Source: Octopus bimaculoides (taxonomy: Eukaryota). From it: a stretch of DNA of 58,361 bases. Of the stretch, positions 13,781 through 26,700 are shown in pieces. The number at the start of each line of letters is the position of its first letter. Positions within the stretch are counted from its first letter, which is position 1. The notes under the pieces are model-generated. The model was not told the DNA's origin and made no database searches. It saw only the letters and a program-made list of their open reading frames with translations. Made by a program: the position numbers and the translations under genes. The stretch is from NCBI RefSeq assembly GCF_001194135.2, contig NC_068989.1, positions 59,791,181 through 59,849,541 on the forward strand, in the 5' to 3' direction.

Positions 13781-14872
13781 CTAACAAGATGAATATTTTC
13801 ACAGATTTAGTACAATCCAGATGTGTATTTGCCACTATCATTCTAAAGCAGTTATCATCACTTTACATCCATTTTCCCATGCTGATATGGGTAGATAATC
13901 ACAGCCAAAGCCATGAGTTGGAAGACCACATTTTACTTATATATTCCATTTTGGGCTTAGTTTCTGTCTTTGGATGCCCTTCTTAACACAAACCATTTTA
14001 CAGAATGTAACAGGTACATTTTATCATGACCCCTATACTAAGGGGTTGTCATGTCCTTAGTAAAAGTACAGGATCCTCTCCATCTTACATCTACTGTCTA
14101 TTTGCCAATCACATTACATAGTGTATTGTAAACACTTTATCATGGCACAAACATAATGGAGGTTGTAATGTTCTTAGTAATACTAAAACACCTCCATCGC
14201 TCAAGTGCTTCTCTCATCAGGATGAGTGTATACCAATTTCTTTCTCTCTCTCTCTCTCTCAACATAAGAAACAATAATTTAGAAACTTATTCACTTATCT
14301 ATAACACTCTTCTTTTGTAACTATCATTATGTTGAAAAGGAATTAGTCTCTAACCAATGTCTGACAAGATTATCAAAATTCTTCAAAAATATCCATAGTA
14401 AACGGATTGAGGAGAAGCCTTCGTGTGGTTGTTCTACCTGCAACAAATAGAAAACAAATCTGCTTAAAAACACTTTGTTATCAAAAATATACAATATTCA
14501 GAGGTGAAATATCTTTGATTATAGATCTGTTCAATCAGTCTGGGCTGCAACTAAACAACAATAACAACAGAGTGAGAAATATTCTTTAATCTCTAAGAAA
14601 GAGATACAGTGGTAGAAAGATATTTAAACTTTATCTCTAAGAATAGCTTACAATAACATTGAAAATGTCAGTATACTCAAACATAAGGTAAATTAGGTTC
14701 CTGGGTTTTCAGTTGAAAATCATTGAGAATAGTTACTTTATAATGCAGCATGTAAAAATTGTCTTTTTCTTTGATGCTCAGAATTACCCTAGCCATTTTA
14801 ATACAGGAAAAACAGATGTAAAATCATTTGATACTTGACTACTTCAAAAATTAATTTAATCCAAATGTTTAT

Positions 14873-15024
14873 TTAATACTTCTTGCATGAATGGATTATA
14901 TATGCTATAAAGCCTTTACGTTCCGCTTTTTTTTTAATACCAGCAAATATCATCCTCGTATCTGGCCAATATTGCTTTGGGTTGATCAAAAACTTCTCAA
15001 TTTCTTCAGGATAGAGAATGCGAC
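14873..15024 (-). CDS. last exon of cytochrome c-like gene (C-terminal cytochrome c half, Met80 retained)
   Basis: attttag|GT CGC...; [50 protein letters not shown]. 23/49 identical without gaps to the last exon of the cytochrome c at 47234-47382, with the same phase-1 intron position. Confidence 0.92.
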
Positions 15025-15060
15025 CTAAAATAATTAAGATGATATGAATATATATGCATT

Positions 15061-15099
<39 letters not shown>

Positions 15100-15652
15100 N
15101 NNNNNNNNNNNNNNNNNNNNNNNNNNNNNNNNNNNNNNNNNNNNNNNNNNNNNNNNNNNNNNNNNNNNNNNNNNNNNNNNNNNNNNNNNNNNNNNNNNNN
15201 NNNNNNNNNNNNNNNNNNNNNNNNNNNNNNNNNNNNNNNNNNNNNNNNNNNNNNNNNNNNNNNNNNNNNNNNNNNNNNNNNNNNNNNNNNNNNNNNNNNN
15301 NNNNNNNNNNNNNNNNNNNNNNNNNNNNNNNNNNNNNNNNNNNNNNNNNNNNNNNNNNNNNNNNNNNNNNNNNNNNNNNNNNNNNNNNNNNNNNNNNNNN
15401 NNNNNNNNNNNNNNNNNNNNNNNNNNNNNNNNNNNNNNNNNNNNNNNNNNNNNNNNNNNNNNNNNNNNNNNNNNNNNNNNNNNNNNNNNNNNNNNNNNNN
15501 NNNNNNNNNNNNNNNNNNNNNNNNNNNNNNNNNNNNNNNNNNNNNNNNNNNNNNNNNNNNNNNNNNNNNNNNNNNNNNNNNNNNNNNNNNNNNNNNNNNN
15601 NNNNNNNNNNNNNNNNNNNNNNNNNNNNNNNNNNNNNNNNNNNNNNNNNNNN

Positions 15653-15690
<38 letters not shown>

Positions 15691-17438
15691 CACACACACA
15701 CACATACTAACAGAGATACCTGGTATTACTCAGGATTAAAATAGTATAGTTTTTTACTGTTTTACTTGTTTCGGTCATGTGACTGCAGCCATGCTGGGGC
15801 ACCGCCTTAAATCAAAGAAATCAACCTCAAGGTTTATTCTTCATAAGCCTAGTACTTATTCTATTGGTGTGTTTTGCCAAACGGCTAAGTTACAGGAACA
15901 TAAACACAGCAACACTGGTTGTCAAGCGATAGCAGGGGAAGAAACAAAGACATACACACACACGCATATATATACACACAAACATACATATATATACATT
16001 GGAGGAAACACACCTTCAGCTCGTTTCATTAATTTCATCCTTTTTACTAATTTTAGTTATTGTTATTTTTTTCTCACCTACCAACAAACTCACTAGTTGA
16101 CAGCCACTTTACATGTGGTATGAACTATCACCCCACTTTGTATTTATTTTTATTTAACTTTAGACAATAATAGTAATAATAATACATTTATTTTTACATT
16201 TATAATAATAATAATAACAACAATGAGAATAATAACATTATAATATTATCTAAAATAACAATTATATCTAACTCCAACGCCAGTTGTTCACACTCTCTCT
16301 CCTTCTCTAGTTAGTACAGCAAGTTTAACCCCTGAAAAGTTATATTCGTAGAGTTTTAAGTATATTTATATATATTTACGTATATACTATCGATTTTGTT
16401 ATCGTAAGCATGTTTATTCTTATTATTTCATCATTTTATAGTTTTGTACCTTGTATTGCCATGTATTTAGTTTAATTACCGTAACTTAATATGATGCAAC
16501 ATTAATTTTCCTTCCTTATAAACGTTTATTTACATAATTAGTCATATATAAAGAATTCATTGGATTCTCTCCCTTCCTCCTTCCAATTACAATAAATTTT
16601 TATTACCATTATTATTAACTTTAAGATTTTTCTGCGGTTCATTATGTCTTCCTTTAATTTAAACTCTTAGGATAGCGTTCATAGCCTCTCTCCCTAAACA
16701 GCTCCCTGTAAACTAGCGTTCTTGTTTCTAACGGTCATTTAATTTAGCAATATAGTGTTATTCCTCATACGTAACCTTAGCGTTCAGCACAAGCCTTGCA
16801 TTTGTAATATGGTTCCCTGATGATGAAATTATATGTATATACCAGCATCTCTTACTTCTTTGGAGTAGTGTGCATATAATTTTNNNNNNNNNNNNNNNNN
16901 NNNNNNNNNNNNNNNNNNNNNNNNNNNNNNNNNNNNNNNNNNNNNNNNNNNNNNNNNNNNNNNNNNNNNNNNNNNNNNNNNNNNNNNNNNNNNNNNNNNN
17001 NNNNNNNNNNNNNNNNNNNNNNNNNNNNNNNNNNNNNNNNNNNNNNNNNNNNNNNNNNNNNNNNNNNNNNNNNNNNNNNNNNNNNNNNNNNNNNNNNNNN
17101 NNNNNNNNNNNNNNNNNNNNNNNNNNNNNNNNNNNNNNNNNNNNNNNNNNNNNNNNNNNNNNNNNNNNNNNNNNNNNNNNNNNNNNNNNNNNNNNNNNNN
17201 NNNNNNNNNNNNNNNNNNNNNNNNNNNNNNNNNNNNNNNNNNNNNNNNNNNNNNNNNNNNNNNNNNNNNNNNNNNNNNNNNNNNNNNNNNNNNNNNNNNN
17301 NNNNNNNNNNNNNNNNNNNNNNNNNNNNNNNNNNNNNNNNNNNNNNNNNNNNNNNNNNNNNNNNNNNNNNNNNNNNNNNNNNNNNNNNNNNNNNNNNNNN
17401 NNNNNNNNNNNNNNNNNNNNNNNNNNNNNNNNNNNNNN

Positions 17439-17473
<35 letters not shown>

Positions 17474-17480
17474 TATATAT

Positions 17481-17520
<40 letters not shown>

Positions 17521-20500
17521 ATATATATGTGTGTGTGTGTATATATATATGTATATATATGTATATGGGAGAATGTACGAAAAAAAAACAACAACAGACG
17601 AGGACAGGTGGTGTAAACAACAAAAGGATGTATTAGTTTGACGCTCAGGAATACAGAAAGTCTTTAACGTTTCGAGCTACGCTCTTCAACAGAAAGAATA
17701 TGGAGAAAAACACAGAGAAAAAAAAATGAATGGTGTTTGGTCAGCGATCTATCATATATATGTATGTGTATATATGTATATATATATATGTGTATGTGTA
17801 TATATATATGTGTATATGTATATATGTATATATATATATGTATATATATGTATATGTGTATATATATATGTGTATATATGTATATATATGTATATATATA
17901 TATGTATATATATATATATGTATATATATGTATATATATATATATGGGAGAATATACGAAAAAATAACAACAGACGAGGACAGGTGGTGTAAATAACAAA
18001 AGGATGTATTAGTATGACGCTCGGGAATACGGAAAGTCTTTGACGTTTCGAGCCACGCTCTTCAACAGAAAGAATACGGAGACACAGAGAAAAAAAATTG
18101 AATAGTGTTCCGGTAGGTGAAGGAAAGTAAAGGTAAAAAAAAGATGATAAAGGAGGTTTACAAAAGTGGAAAAGTTCAAAAGTTTTTTAGACGTCGTGGT
18201 ATATTGAAGCGATTTCCAATCAGAAGATGGGTCCAGTGTAATCCGTGGGTAGGAGAGGTGCAGCCGGAGGGTATAAAGTTCAGAATCAAACAGTCCAGAA
18301 AGAGTAGATCCAGAAGGAAAGAAGGTAGAATCCAAAAGTTCGTAGTGTGTGATGAGAGGAGACAGGATTAGCTGGTGCGACCACGTGAGCGTGTATTATA
18401 TGTGGGAGAATATACGAAAAAATAACAACAGACGAGGACAGGTGGTGTAAATAACAAAAGGATGTATTAGTATGACGCTCGGGAATACGGAAAGTCTTTG
18501 ACGTTTCNNNNNNNNNNAGTTTTTTAGACGTCGTGGTATATTGAAGCGATTTCCAATCAGAAGATGGGTCCAGTGTAATCCGTGGGTAGGAGAGGTGCAG
18601 CCGGAGGGTATAAAGTTCAGAATCAAACAGTCCAGAAAGAGTAGATCCAGAAGGAAAGAAGGTAGAATCCAAAAGTTCGTAGTGTGTGATGAGAGGAGAC
18701 AGGATTAGCTGGTGCGACCACGTGAGCGTGTATTATATGTGGGAGAATATACGAAAAAATAACAACAGACGAGGACAGGTGGTGTAAATAACAAAAGGAT
18801 GTATTAGTATGACGCTCGGGAATACGGAAAGTCTTTGACGTTTCGAGCTATGCTCTTCAACAGAAAGAATACGGAGACAAGGAGAAAAACACGGAGAAAA
18901 AAAAATTGAATAGGGATCAAGGGACCCAGTCAAAGGCTTTCTCGAAGTCTGCAAAAGCTAAGTATAGGAGTTTATCTTTCACTAGGTATTTCTCCTGCAG
19001 TTGTCGAACCAGGAATATAGCATCAGTGGTGTTTCTACCTGGCACAAAACCGAACTGCATCTCATCTAAGCAGCTTCTCTCTCTAATGAGATGGGCTATG
19101 ACCCTCTCTGTGACCTTCATCACCTGATCCAGCAGTTTGATACACCTGTAGTTATTTCTATCTAGAGCATCACCTTTACCCTTGTAGCAGTTGACTATGG
19201 TGCTGCTACACCAGTCATTGGGTATGACTCCACCATGAACTACCTGGTTTACAATGTGGGTGACTAGGCCATAGCTCACACCACCAGATATTTTAAGCAT
19301 CTCAGCAGTGATTCCTGATTGGCCGGGGCTTTTCCTAGCTTCGTACCCTTAATTGCTTTATCTACCTGGGAGCTGTCTATTCACATACCTGGTCTCTCTA
19401 TTGGGTCAACATTTGGCAGGCTCTCCTTCTCCCATTCATTCTCCAAGTTCAGCAGTCTTTCATAATAGCTTCTCCAAGCCTCTTTCTTTTCCAAATCATT
19501 AAAAGCAAGTGCACCATCATCCATGCAGACACATTTCCCTTCTGTGACATCACAATTTTCTCTCACACATTGTCTTGTAATCTGATCGAAAAATACCTTA
19601 GGAATGAGAACCCATGTTTGAAATTTCCCCAAGACACCTGATGAAGGCTGGAGGGTATATCAGCCGAAACGTATTAACATCAAACAAGATGAGTACAAAT
19701 ATCTGTCAAATGTAAATAATGTTCCCAGACAAGTTTTGTTGCACACCAACAGATGGCAGCACACAGTTGCATGTGCAGTGAGAGCTAGTAGTGACCTTCA
19801 TGAGGCAGTATGCCAAGTAACATTGCTGTGTTTACTTTGCAAGCTGTGAAATTTGTGTTTTTGTGATCATGTGAATGCTGTAGTCTGCAATTTTGCCATG
19901 GACTGGAACAAAGAGCCAATGTGAAATTTTCTGTTAAACTTGGGAAGTGTGCTACGGAGACATTGAGCATGCTTCAGCAAGCTTATGGCAATAAGGCAAT
20001 GGGTTGTACACAATGTTTTAAGTGGTATGGGCACTTCAAAAGTGGAAGAATATCCCGGGAAGATGATGAGCGATCTGGAAGACATGCAGCAAGTGTCACC
20101 TGGAAATGTGGTATTGTGTATCAAGAATTCGTCGAAGGCCAGACCATCAGTCATGAGTTCTACTGCAATGGTTTGAAGTATCTGATGGAGGACCCTCGGC
20201 AAAAGTGACCGGATCTGTGGAACGCGAATAATTGGATTCTTCATGTCAACAATGTACCCTGTCACTGAGCTCTCCTCACTCATGAGTTTCTTGCCAAAAA
20301 CAACATGGTATCACTTCCACACTCACCGCATTCCCCAGATTTAGCACCTGTGGAATTCTGTCTCGTCTCCAAAATGACAATGCAGCTCAAAGGTCGCTGT
20401 TGTTAAGATCCAAGTGAACTGCAGAAGGTCCTCAACCACTTATGGAAAACGACTTCCAGGCCAGATTCCAAAAGTGGCAGGAATGCTGGGTCTGGTGTAT

Positions 20501-23500
20501 TGCTGCACAAGATGGCTATTTAAAAGGAAATGATGTTAAAACTTACATAAATAGCCTATTTGTTTTATTAAACATAAATAGTCCAGGAACGTTTTGATAC
20601 CACCCCATAATTCACCATGGAAAATTTTTTTCCTTCAATTCTCACAATTGCTCAAATATGAAATCATATGATACTTACCATCCTTAAAGTTCTCAAAAGT
20701 TAATTTAAACCAAACATTTTGTACTAATTCTCCTTACATATATAGATCATATATGCTTTTAACATATTAAAATCTCTATCTTTCTTCATACCAGCATATA
20801 TTATCCTTGTAGAGGGTAAAAATTTCTTTGGGTTTTTCAAAAACCTCCTAAGTTCGTCATGTTGGTAAATATAACCTAAAAATGAATTTATATATAAATG
20901 TAAAAATTATATGTGCTTGTGTGTATATATATTGGGTTATCCCATAAATAATGCGGGTTTTTTTATACTTCTTTTATTTTTCAAAATTAAGATAAATGAA
21001 GTTCTTTTTCAATCTAAAATATACTCTCCTTCATTTTCTACAATGCTCTTCCATCTATCTGGTAGACTTGCAAGGCCCCTCTTCCAAAATTCACTTGTCT
21101 GTGATGAAAAATACTCCTCCAGTACTGTTCTGACCTCACTTACAGAATTCATATTTTTTCTGTCCAAATGATTTTGAAGACTGCAGAATAAATGATAATC
21201 GGATGGAGCAATGTCCAGTGAATATGGTGGGAAGGGCAAAAAAAAGTTTATTCATGAGACTTGACAGCAAAGAAGAGCACACATTTGCTCTCTGTCCATG
21301 ATTAGACTTGGAACCCATTGAGCCAATTTGATGATTTTTCCAATGACATGCAGGTGTCAATGACAGGTTGAATGACTAAATCCAAGCTTCTCTGCTAGTT
21401 CCTCAACAGTTACGATAAGATTTTGTTCCACCATGGTTTGCAGGACATCCTCATTGAGCTCTACAGATCTTCCAGGACATGGCTCATCTTCTAGGCTGTA
21501 GTTCTGGCTCAGAATTTCTGAAATCACTGTTGACACTGGTTTACACTTATTGTCCCATCCCCATATATCATCGTCATCATCATCCAGTGTTTTAAATCCG
21601 GGTTTGTCCCATTAATGGGGGTGACTGGATCTACCACAATGCCATAGCAACCGAGGTAGGCAGGTGCAGCCCATCCCAACCTTTGGGCTGGCTGGTGCCC
21701 ATTCTCCCTTGCTATCTTGAGGCTTTTTTGAAGCTGGATTTTCTGTAGGGAGCATGCCCTTGCTTACCCCCAACCTCAGTTTCTAGACATGAGTGGTCTT
21801 GAGACCAAAGCCTCTACCATGATTTTCAAGAAATGTAGTGGAAAACTAGCTCAGGAAGGCATAGATACTACTCCCTGAGACCCCTTTAAGTGCTCCCCTA
21901 CCTAATATACTGCATTAATATTCCTCACACTTTTCATTGTGTTGGTGCCTTTATTGAACTCATAAAGCGAAATAAGCTGAATATGCTCCTTTGTCACTAC
22001 CATTATAGCTTTGAAAAAAATAACCATTAAAATCAAACTGCACTCTTCAAAACTTGCACTGAGAATAAGTACAAGATAAGTTACTACCTGCTTTTACAGC
22101 AAGTTGATGCAGTTTATCCTGTCCCCTTCCAACTTTTAGTTCATGCAATTGAAAAAAACCACATTATTTATGGGATGACCCTATATATTGTTTATATCAG
22201 TGTCTACCCCTTGCACCCAAGTCTTTAAACCTTCCCAATAACTTATCTTTGTCACTTCCATTCCTCCATCACACTTCTAACTATGGCACTATCTTCTTAG
22301 TTGCTGTAATTATATGAGAATAGAATTGCACATATTTCATCCCTCATTTGTACTGCTGGTTACCCCCACCCCTTTGTCATCCATCATTTATTATTATCAT
22401 CATTGAGTGAGAGAACAGTACATGCCATCAAAGTAACACTGGGGTAAAATATACAAAGCCCAGTATACCCATCATGACTACCCATCTGATAAGGGTATAC
22501 CAGTATACCAGGCACATGCATCACAACCATATGTATGCGACATAGTGATCTCATTTTGAAGTAAGCAGTGCATGACCAGGTGGGGCCCAGTTAGAATTTT
22601 CTTCAGGTCAAATATCCTATTCCACTCTAAAGGTCCCTGAATAAGAGTTGTTTAAGGATGTTGAACAAAACACCCATGTTTCCAGAGGTGAATTATTCAA
22701 AATTCCTCTCAACTCGTGGCTATGATGCCCCCCACCACTACCACCATTGCTTTTGCTCATGATCAGAGATGCACATATGGACATGCTCAACTGGTTAAGG
22801 TCAGACAACTGACAAGCAAATTTGTGGTATTGAGCAGAATATTTGCTGTAGCCCATCTTTTATACCAAGACAAAACATGTACATGATAACACTTCCAATC
22901 AGCTAAAATCAGAAGCCACACCTGGTACTGCATCAGAGCATTTATTATTAACAATTATTCAAACCCCAAAGAATTCCTCTCAACACATGACTATGATCCT
23001 CCCCCACTACTTCTGCTCATGATCAGAGAGCAACATATTATTATTATTATTATTTTGGATTGGCTTAGGTTCAGTCTTATTCTTGGTAGGATTTATGTGG
23101 GTAGTGGGTTACTTCCTGTAACCTTAGGTATCCACAAGTCTTCAACAGTCTTTCAAGTACTTAGAACCCTCCTGAAAATCCTTGTTGTCCCTAAGAGACA
23201 AACTTTTTGTAGAAGCCCTACTGGGCATTCTATTCCAATTTCCTTCAGCCATCTGCTTACTGTTCCCAACACACCAATTATTATAGACACAAACCTTTAC
23301 TGTTCTCATACTCCAAATTCTTTGTATTTCAAATTTTAAGGGATTGTATTTTTTTAGCTTTTCATTTTTCAAACGGGCATGTTGAGTTGATCAGTAAGCA
23401 ACTTTGCTTTTCCTTATCTATAATTATTATGTCCAGTTCATTATTTTCTAACTTCTTGGCCATTTGAATAAGTGAGTCCCACAAAATCTTACATTTCTCC

Positions 23501-23716
23501 CACTCCAGTACTCTTTTGACTTAGTGATGATACCAAGTGTTTCCAACTTCAAATCTCCATTTCTGGCACAGTTTCCAGTGTAAAACATTTACAACCTGGT
23601 CATGCCTCAATTTCTTATACTCTTCTTGTGCCAACTTGGGGCATTCTGTCACAATTTGTGCCACTGTTTTTATCACTTGATCTTGGGCTGCTACAATTAA
23701 GTTCTCTGAGTTGTTG

Positions 23717-23782
<66 letters not shown>

Positions 23783-26700
23783 TTTAAAAGGATTGATGTA
23801 ACTCTTCACAAAAGTAAACAGTCAAGACACCAATAATAATAATAATAATATTCCTAAAAAAAAATAATAATAATAACATATACATTCATCTCTATTTTTG
23901 TTAGCAGTTGTATGTAGTATGTCAATATGTTTGTATGCAGTGTAAATTAACCATATATAAGCAAATTGTAAATACCTTGCAACTGCTGCAGTAATTATGA
24001 ATTGTTAATTGAACTTTAGATATGTATTATTGTATAACTTGGGCCTTCCACGTAATGGTTTTTTGTCAAGCGTTTCACCTCCAGCTGTTCTCATCACATG
24101 TGTATGTGTAGATGTATGTGTGTATTTAATAACATATGTAACAGGCGCAGAAACACACACACACTCACAGGCACACATTCATATACAAAATGTGATGATA
24201 CACACGCATACACTCTCACATACAGTCACATACATGTAGTAAGAGAGACACATACAGACATACATTCATGCATATCAGTTGTGACATGTGTATATGTATT
24301 TTTCATTTATATTTATATAAGGGCATTACTACAGAATAATGCCACACACTAGACTTCCAAAATAAACACATTTTTATCGAATGCGAGGAAAAGCAACTCT
24401 TAAAAGAAACCAACCTTTTTAATTGGAAGTCTAGTGTGTGGCATTATTCTGTAGTAATGCCCTTATATAAATATAAATGAATAAATATATTCTTGGGAAT
24501 AAAAAAATGATGGTTTTTTTTCCCTTATGAATTTTTTTCACGCTAGCTTCCTGATAAAATTCTTGTAAAAGATTTTTATCCCATTATTGAATTAATTGTG
24601 TATATGTATGTATAGATGTGTGTGTGTTTAATAATGTACCTAATGCGGAAATACACACACAGTCAGAAAAACATACACATTCATACACCCACACACATAC
24701 ATTCAGAGATACATACACACTCATATATGTGACATCGTCGTCATGATATAAAACATCCTTTACTATCTCATACGTATCGAACACGCAAACACACACACAT
24801 AAAGTGAAACAATACTCTTATCACATTAGAATTAAAAGTGAAAGAATAAAATTGCAACAATATTATATCACACAAAGAAGTTAATTTGTAGACAGAAATT
24901 ACAAACTCCATTTCAGCATATTAACTGTAGAAGAAAATAGGTTGGGTGAACAAACTTAAGCCACTTTAGGATATCTTTTTCTAATGCATGAATATTCAGT
25001 GGCATGGTTGAATTCTCATTGGTTAGTAATGAAGGCTTATCGGCTGTATCCCAACAGTTTTCAATAGAGAGGGAAATGTAAATAGTGTATTTAAATAGAC
25101 AGAGTGCAAAAAATTTTAAATAAGTAATGTTGTAGGGGGAACATACAAATAGCATGATGACAGAGATATTTACACACGACAGAGAGAGAGAGAGAGAGAG
25201 AGTGAGTGAAAGAAACAGACATAGACTTAAAGAGGGAGAAAGAATTGCAGAGGATGTAAATGAGAAAGAAAAGAGATAAACAGAGAGAGAAAAGGGAGAG
25301 AATTGTTTGAACACTGCAGAAGTCAAAGAGAGAGAATCGGTTGGAAACTGCAATTTTTACAGAAAAACTCATGTGAAAAACCTAGTCAGTTTCTCACATT
25401 ACATGGGAACTCTGGGCAAAATGTTATAGTCCATGACTATCCTTGGCACGTAAGTAATGTGTGTGTAAAGTTTGGTAAAAATTGGTTGAAAACTGTAGAA
25501 ATACATACATACTACACACACACAAACATGCACACACACAAACATGCACACACACACACAAACATGCACACACACACACATCCTTTGTTTTATATATAGA
25601 TGTCAAAAATTATTGATATTGCAAGCTAAACTAATATAGCAAAATAGTAGAATAGTCTAAACAAATGCAAACTTCTGACTAAAATTTCAAAATTAAAGAA
25701 TAATTACCCATGTGTGCATCATCTACGATATACATCAAACCAGTATCTTCATCAGTCTCACCACATATAATCAGTAGATATGGGCTTAAACGTTTATATA
25801 ATTTCTCACCAGCTTTCAAAATCCTCCTAAAATGTAGATGATGGTGAACAAAAGTGAGGACATATATTAAACTTAAAATAAAGATTCTCTTTAAAACTAT
25901 TTGCAAACTAAAAACAAATTGAAATTGTATTGAATAATTTCTCAACAGTATTTCCATATAACTTGTGATTTATTCCAGCAGTCCTTCTTATAAATGTAAA
26001 GCAAGACGGTTTATCTTAATTTTCTACTACATAAAAAAATACTTAAACATTATATCTCATATTTTATATTCAAATATTCTGAAATTAGTTTTTTGTAAGT
26101 GTGGGCTAGAGACAGAGACAGAGATACAGAGCATCTATGGGACATAGATGGCTAGACAGACAGATAGAAAGGCAGTCAGGTTATTCAAAAGTAACACATT
26201 TTAAAGAATCCTTTCTAAAATTAGACCAACACAAGTATTTGCAGAAGGCCTTCTGTAGGAAAGACTAAGACATTCCTAAAAGTCAGAATAGTAAAACATG
26301 GAAAGCCTTAATGAGAGGAGAAACATTTACGTCAGGAATAGCTGAATGTACTTTTCTAAAAATAAAGTTAAAAATCTGGAAAATTATCACTCTTTTTTTT
26401 AAGCGCATTGAAGTTGTCATCTTCAAATATATTATACAATTGTTCAAATATAAAATTGTATTCTTCAGAGCTTAAAAATCTTATTTCTTACTGTTGTGTT
26501 GCTCTCTTAAAAATGGTATTTCCATCTGCAGTTCCCAAACAGGTATCTGAAGCAGCAATAAGATGAGAAAATTTGAATTATTATCATATCAAGGACAGGA
26601 ATGTTTTCTTTTATTACATTATGATAGCATCATTGATTAGTAGAGTTTAAAGGTGATGAAATTCTTGCAAAATATTTTTGAATAGACAAAAGGCCATCTT

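Noticed and set aside
14873-17623. Long ORFs of 200-280 aa in the ORF track (also 36967-38387)
   Set aside because: They run through N gaps and (TA)n/(TG)n repeats. Only the tail of 14873..15703 is real (the cytochrome c-like last exon).
17726-17999. YI/VC-repeat ORFs
   Set aside because: Translations of TA/TG microsatellite.
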